In this document: in pieces, positions 31,829 to 32,000 of the stretch
Layout: each line of letters begins with the position of its first letter
Numbering within the stretch: position 1 is the stretch's first letter
NCBI GenBank assembly: GCA_965234555.1
Contig: OZ248347.1
Location: 1,523,270-1,555,269 of the forward strand
Length of the DNA: 32,000 nt
Direction: 5' to 3'
Origin: Burkholderiaceae bacterium
GTDB taxonomy: Bacteria > Pseudomonadota > Gammaproteobacteria > Burkholderiales > Burkholderiaceae
Notes under the pieces: model-generated
Seen by the model: the letters and a program-made list of their open reading frames with translations, nothing else
The model's database searches: none
What the model was told of the DNA's origin: nothing
Program-made: the position numbers and the translations under genes

Positions 31829-32000
31829 ATGCAACCAAAATGGGGTATTCGTGGGATGGCGGTCGCGCCCCACTCTCTTGCTTCTCAATCTGCCCTCGCG
31901 GTATTACGCGAAGGAGGCAATGCCCTAGAGGCCATGATTGCCGCGGCTGCCACCATTGCTGTGGTCTACCCACACATGAACTCCATTGGCGGCGACTCCT
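31829..32000 (+). CDS. gamma-glutamyltransferase-family protein, N-terminal fragment (runs off the window)
   Basis: Hand translation MQPKWGIRGMAVAPHSLASQSALAVLREGGNALEAMIAAAATIAVVYPHMNSIGGD is typical of GGT-family N-termini. Confidence 0.7.
   Translation, partial: MQPKWGIRGMAVAPHSLASQSALAVLREGGNALEAMIAAAATIAVVYPHMNSIGGDS

Overview
AT-rich proteobacterial chromosome; gene content suggests a freshwater Burkholderiales such as Polynucleobacter, which is a guess only. The window splits into three parts. (1) Core DNA, 1-7085: ferredoxin-NADP reductase, an Old-Yellow-Enzyme reductase, a ModA-like binding protein, and a 5-gene MerT/MerP/CusF-like metal cluster. (2) A ~20-kb composite genomic island, ~7125-27010, lying upstream of an intact tRNA-Met(CAU) at 27011-27087. 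(3) Core DNA, 27.1-32 kb: an FrhB-like protein, a TRAP transporter and the start of a GGT-family gene. The island carries three truncated 5' halves of the tRNA (7086, 24020, 26216), two tyrosine recombinases (188 aa and 421 aa) and a clamp-loader-like ATPase. It also has a type II R-M module with an extra nuclease-like gene, several secreted proteins, two alpha/beta-hydrolase cassettes and a GNAT. A diverged second copy of the whole chromosomal metal cluster sits inside it. The most unusual signal is a 17-bp palindrome, TGTCGTTT[T/A]AAACGACA (here called PAL), with 5-bp inverted arms and a 7-bp AT centre. It occurs 12 times, only inside the island. It usually sits at gene or cassette borders, and different left and right flanks are recombined exactly at it. 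Conserved L-box and R-box arms accompany it, and ACGGATG repeats occur beside several copies. I read this as the core site of an unrecognised site-specific cassette-accretion system on a tRNA-borne platform. All calls rest on reading the sequence and on remembered motifs; no database search was possible.
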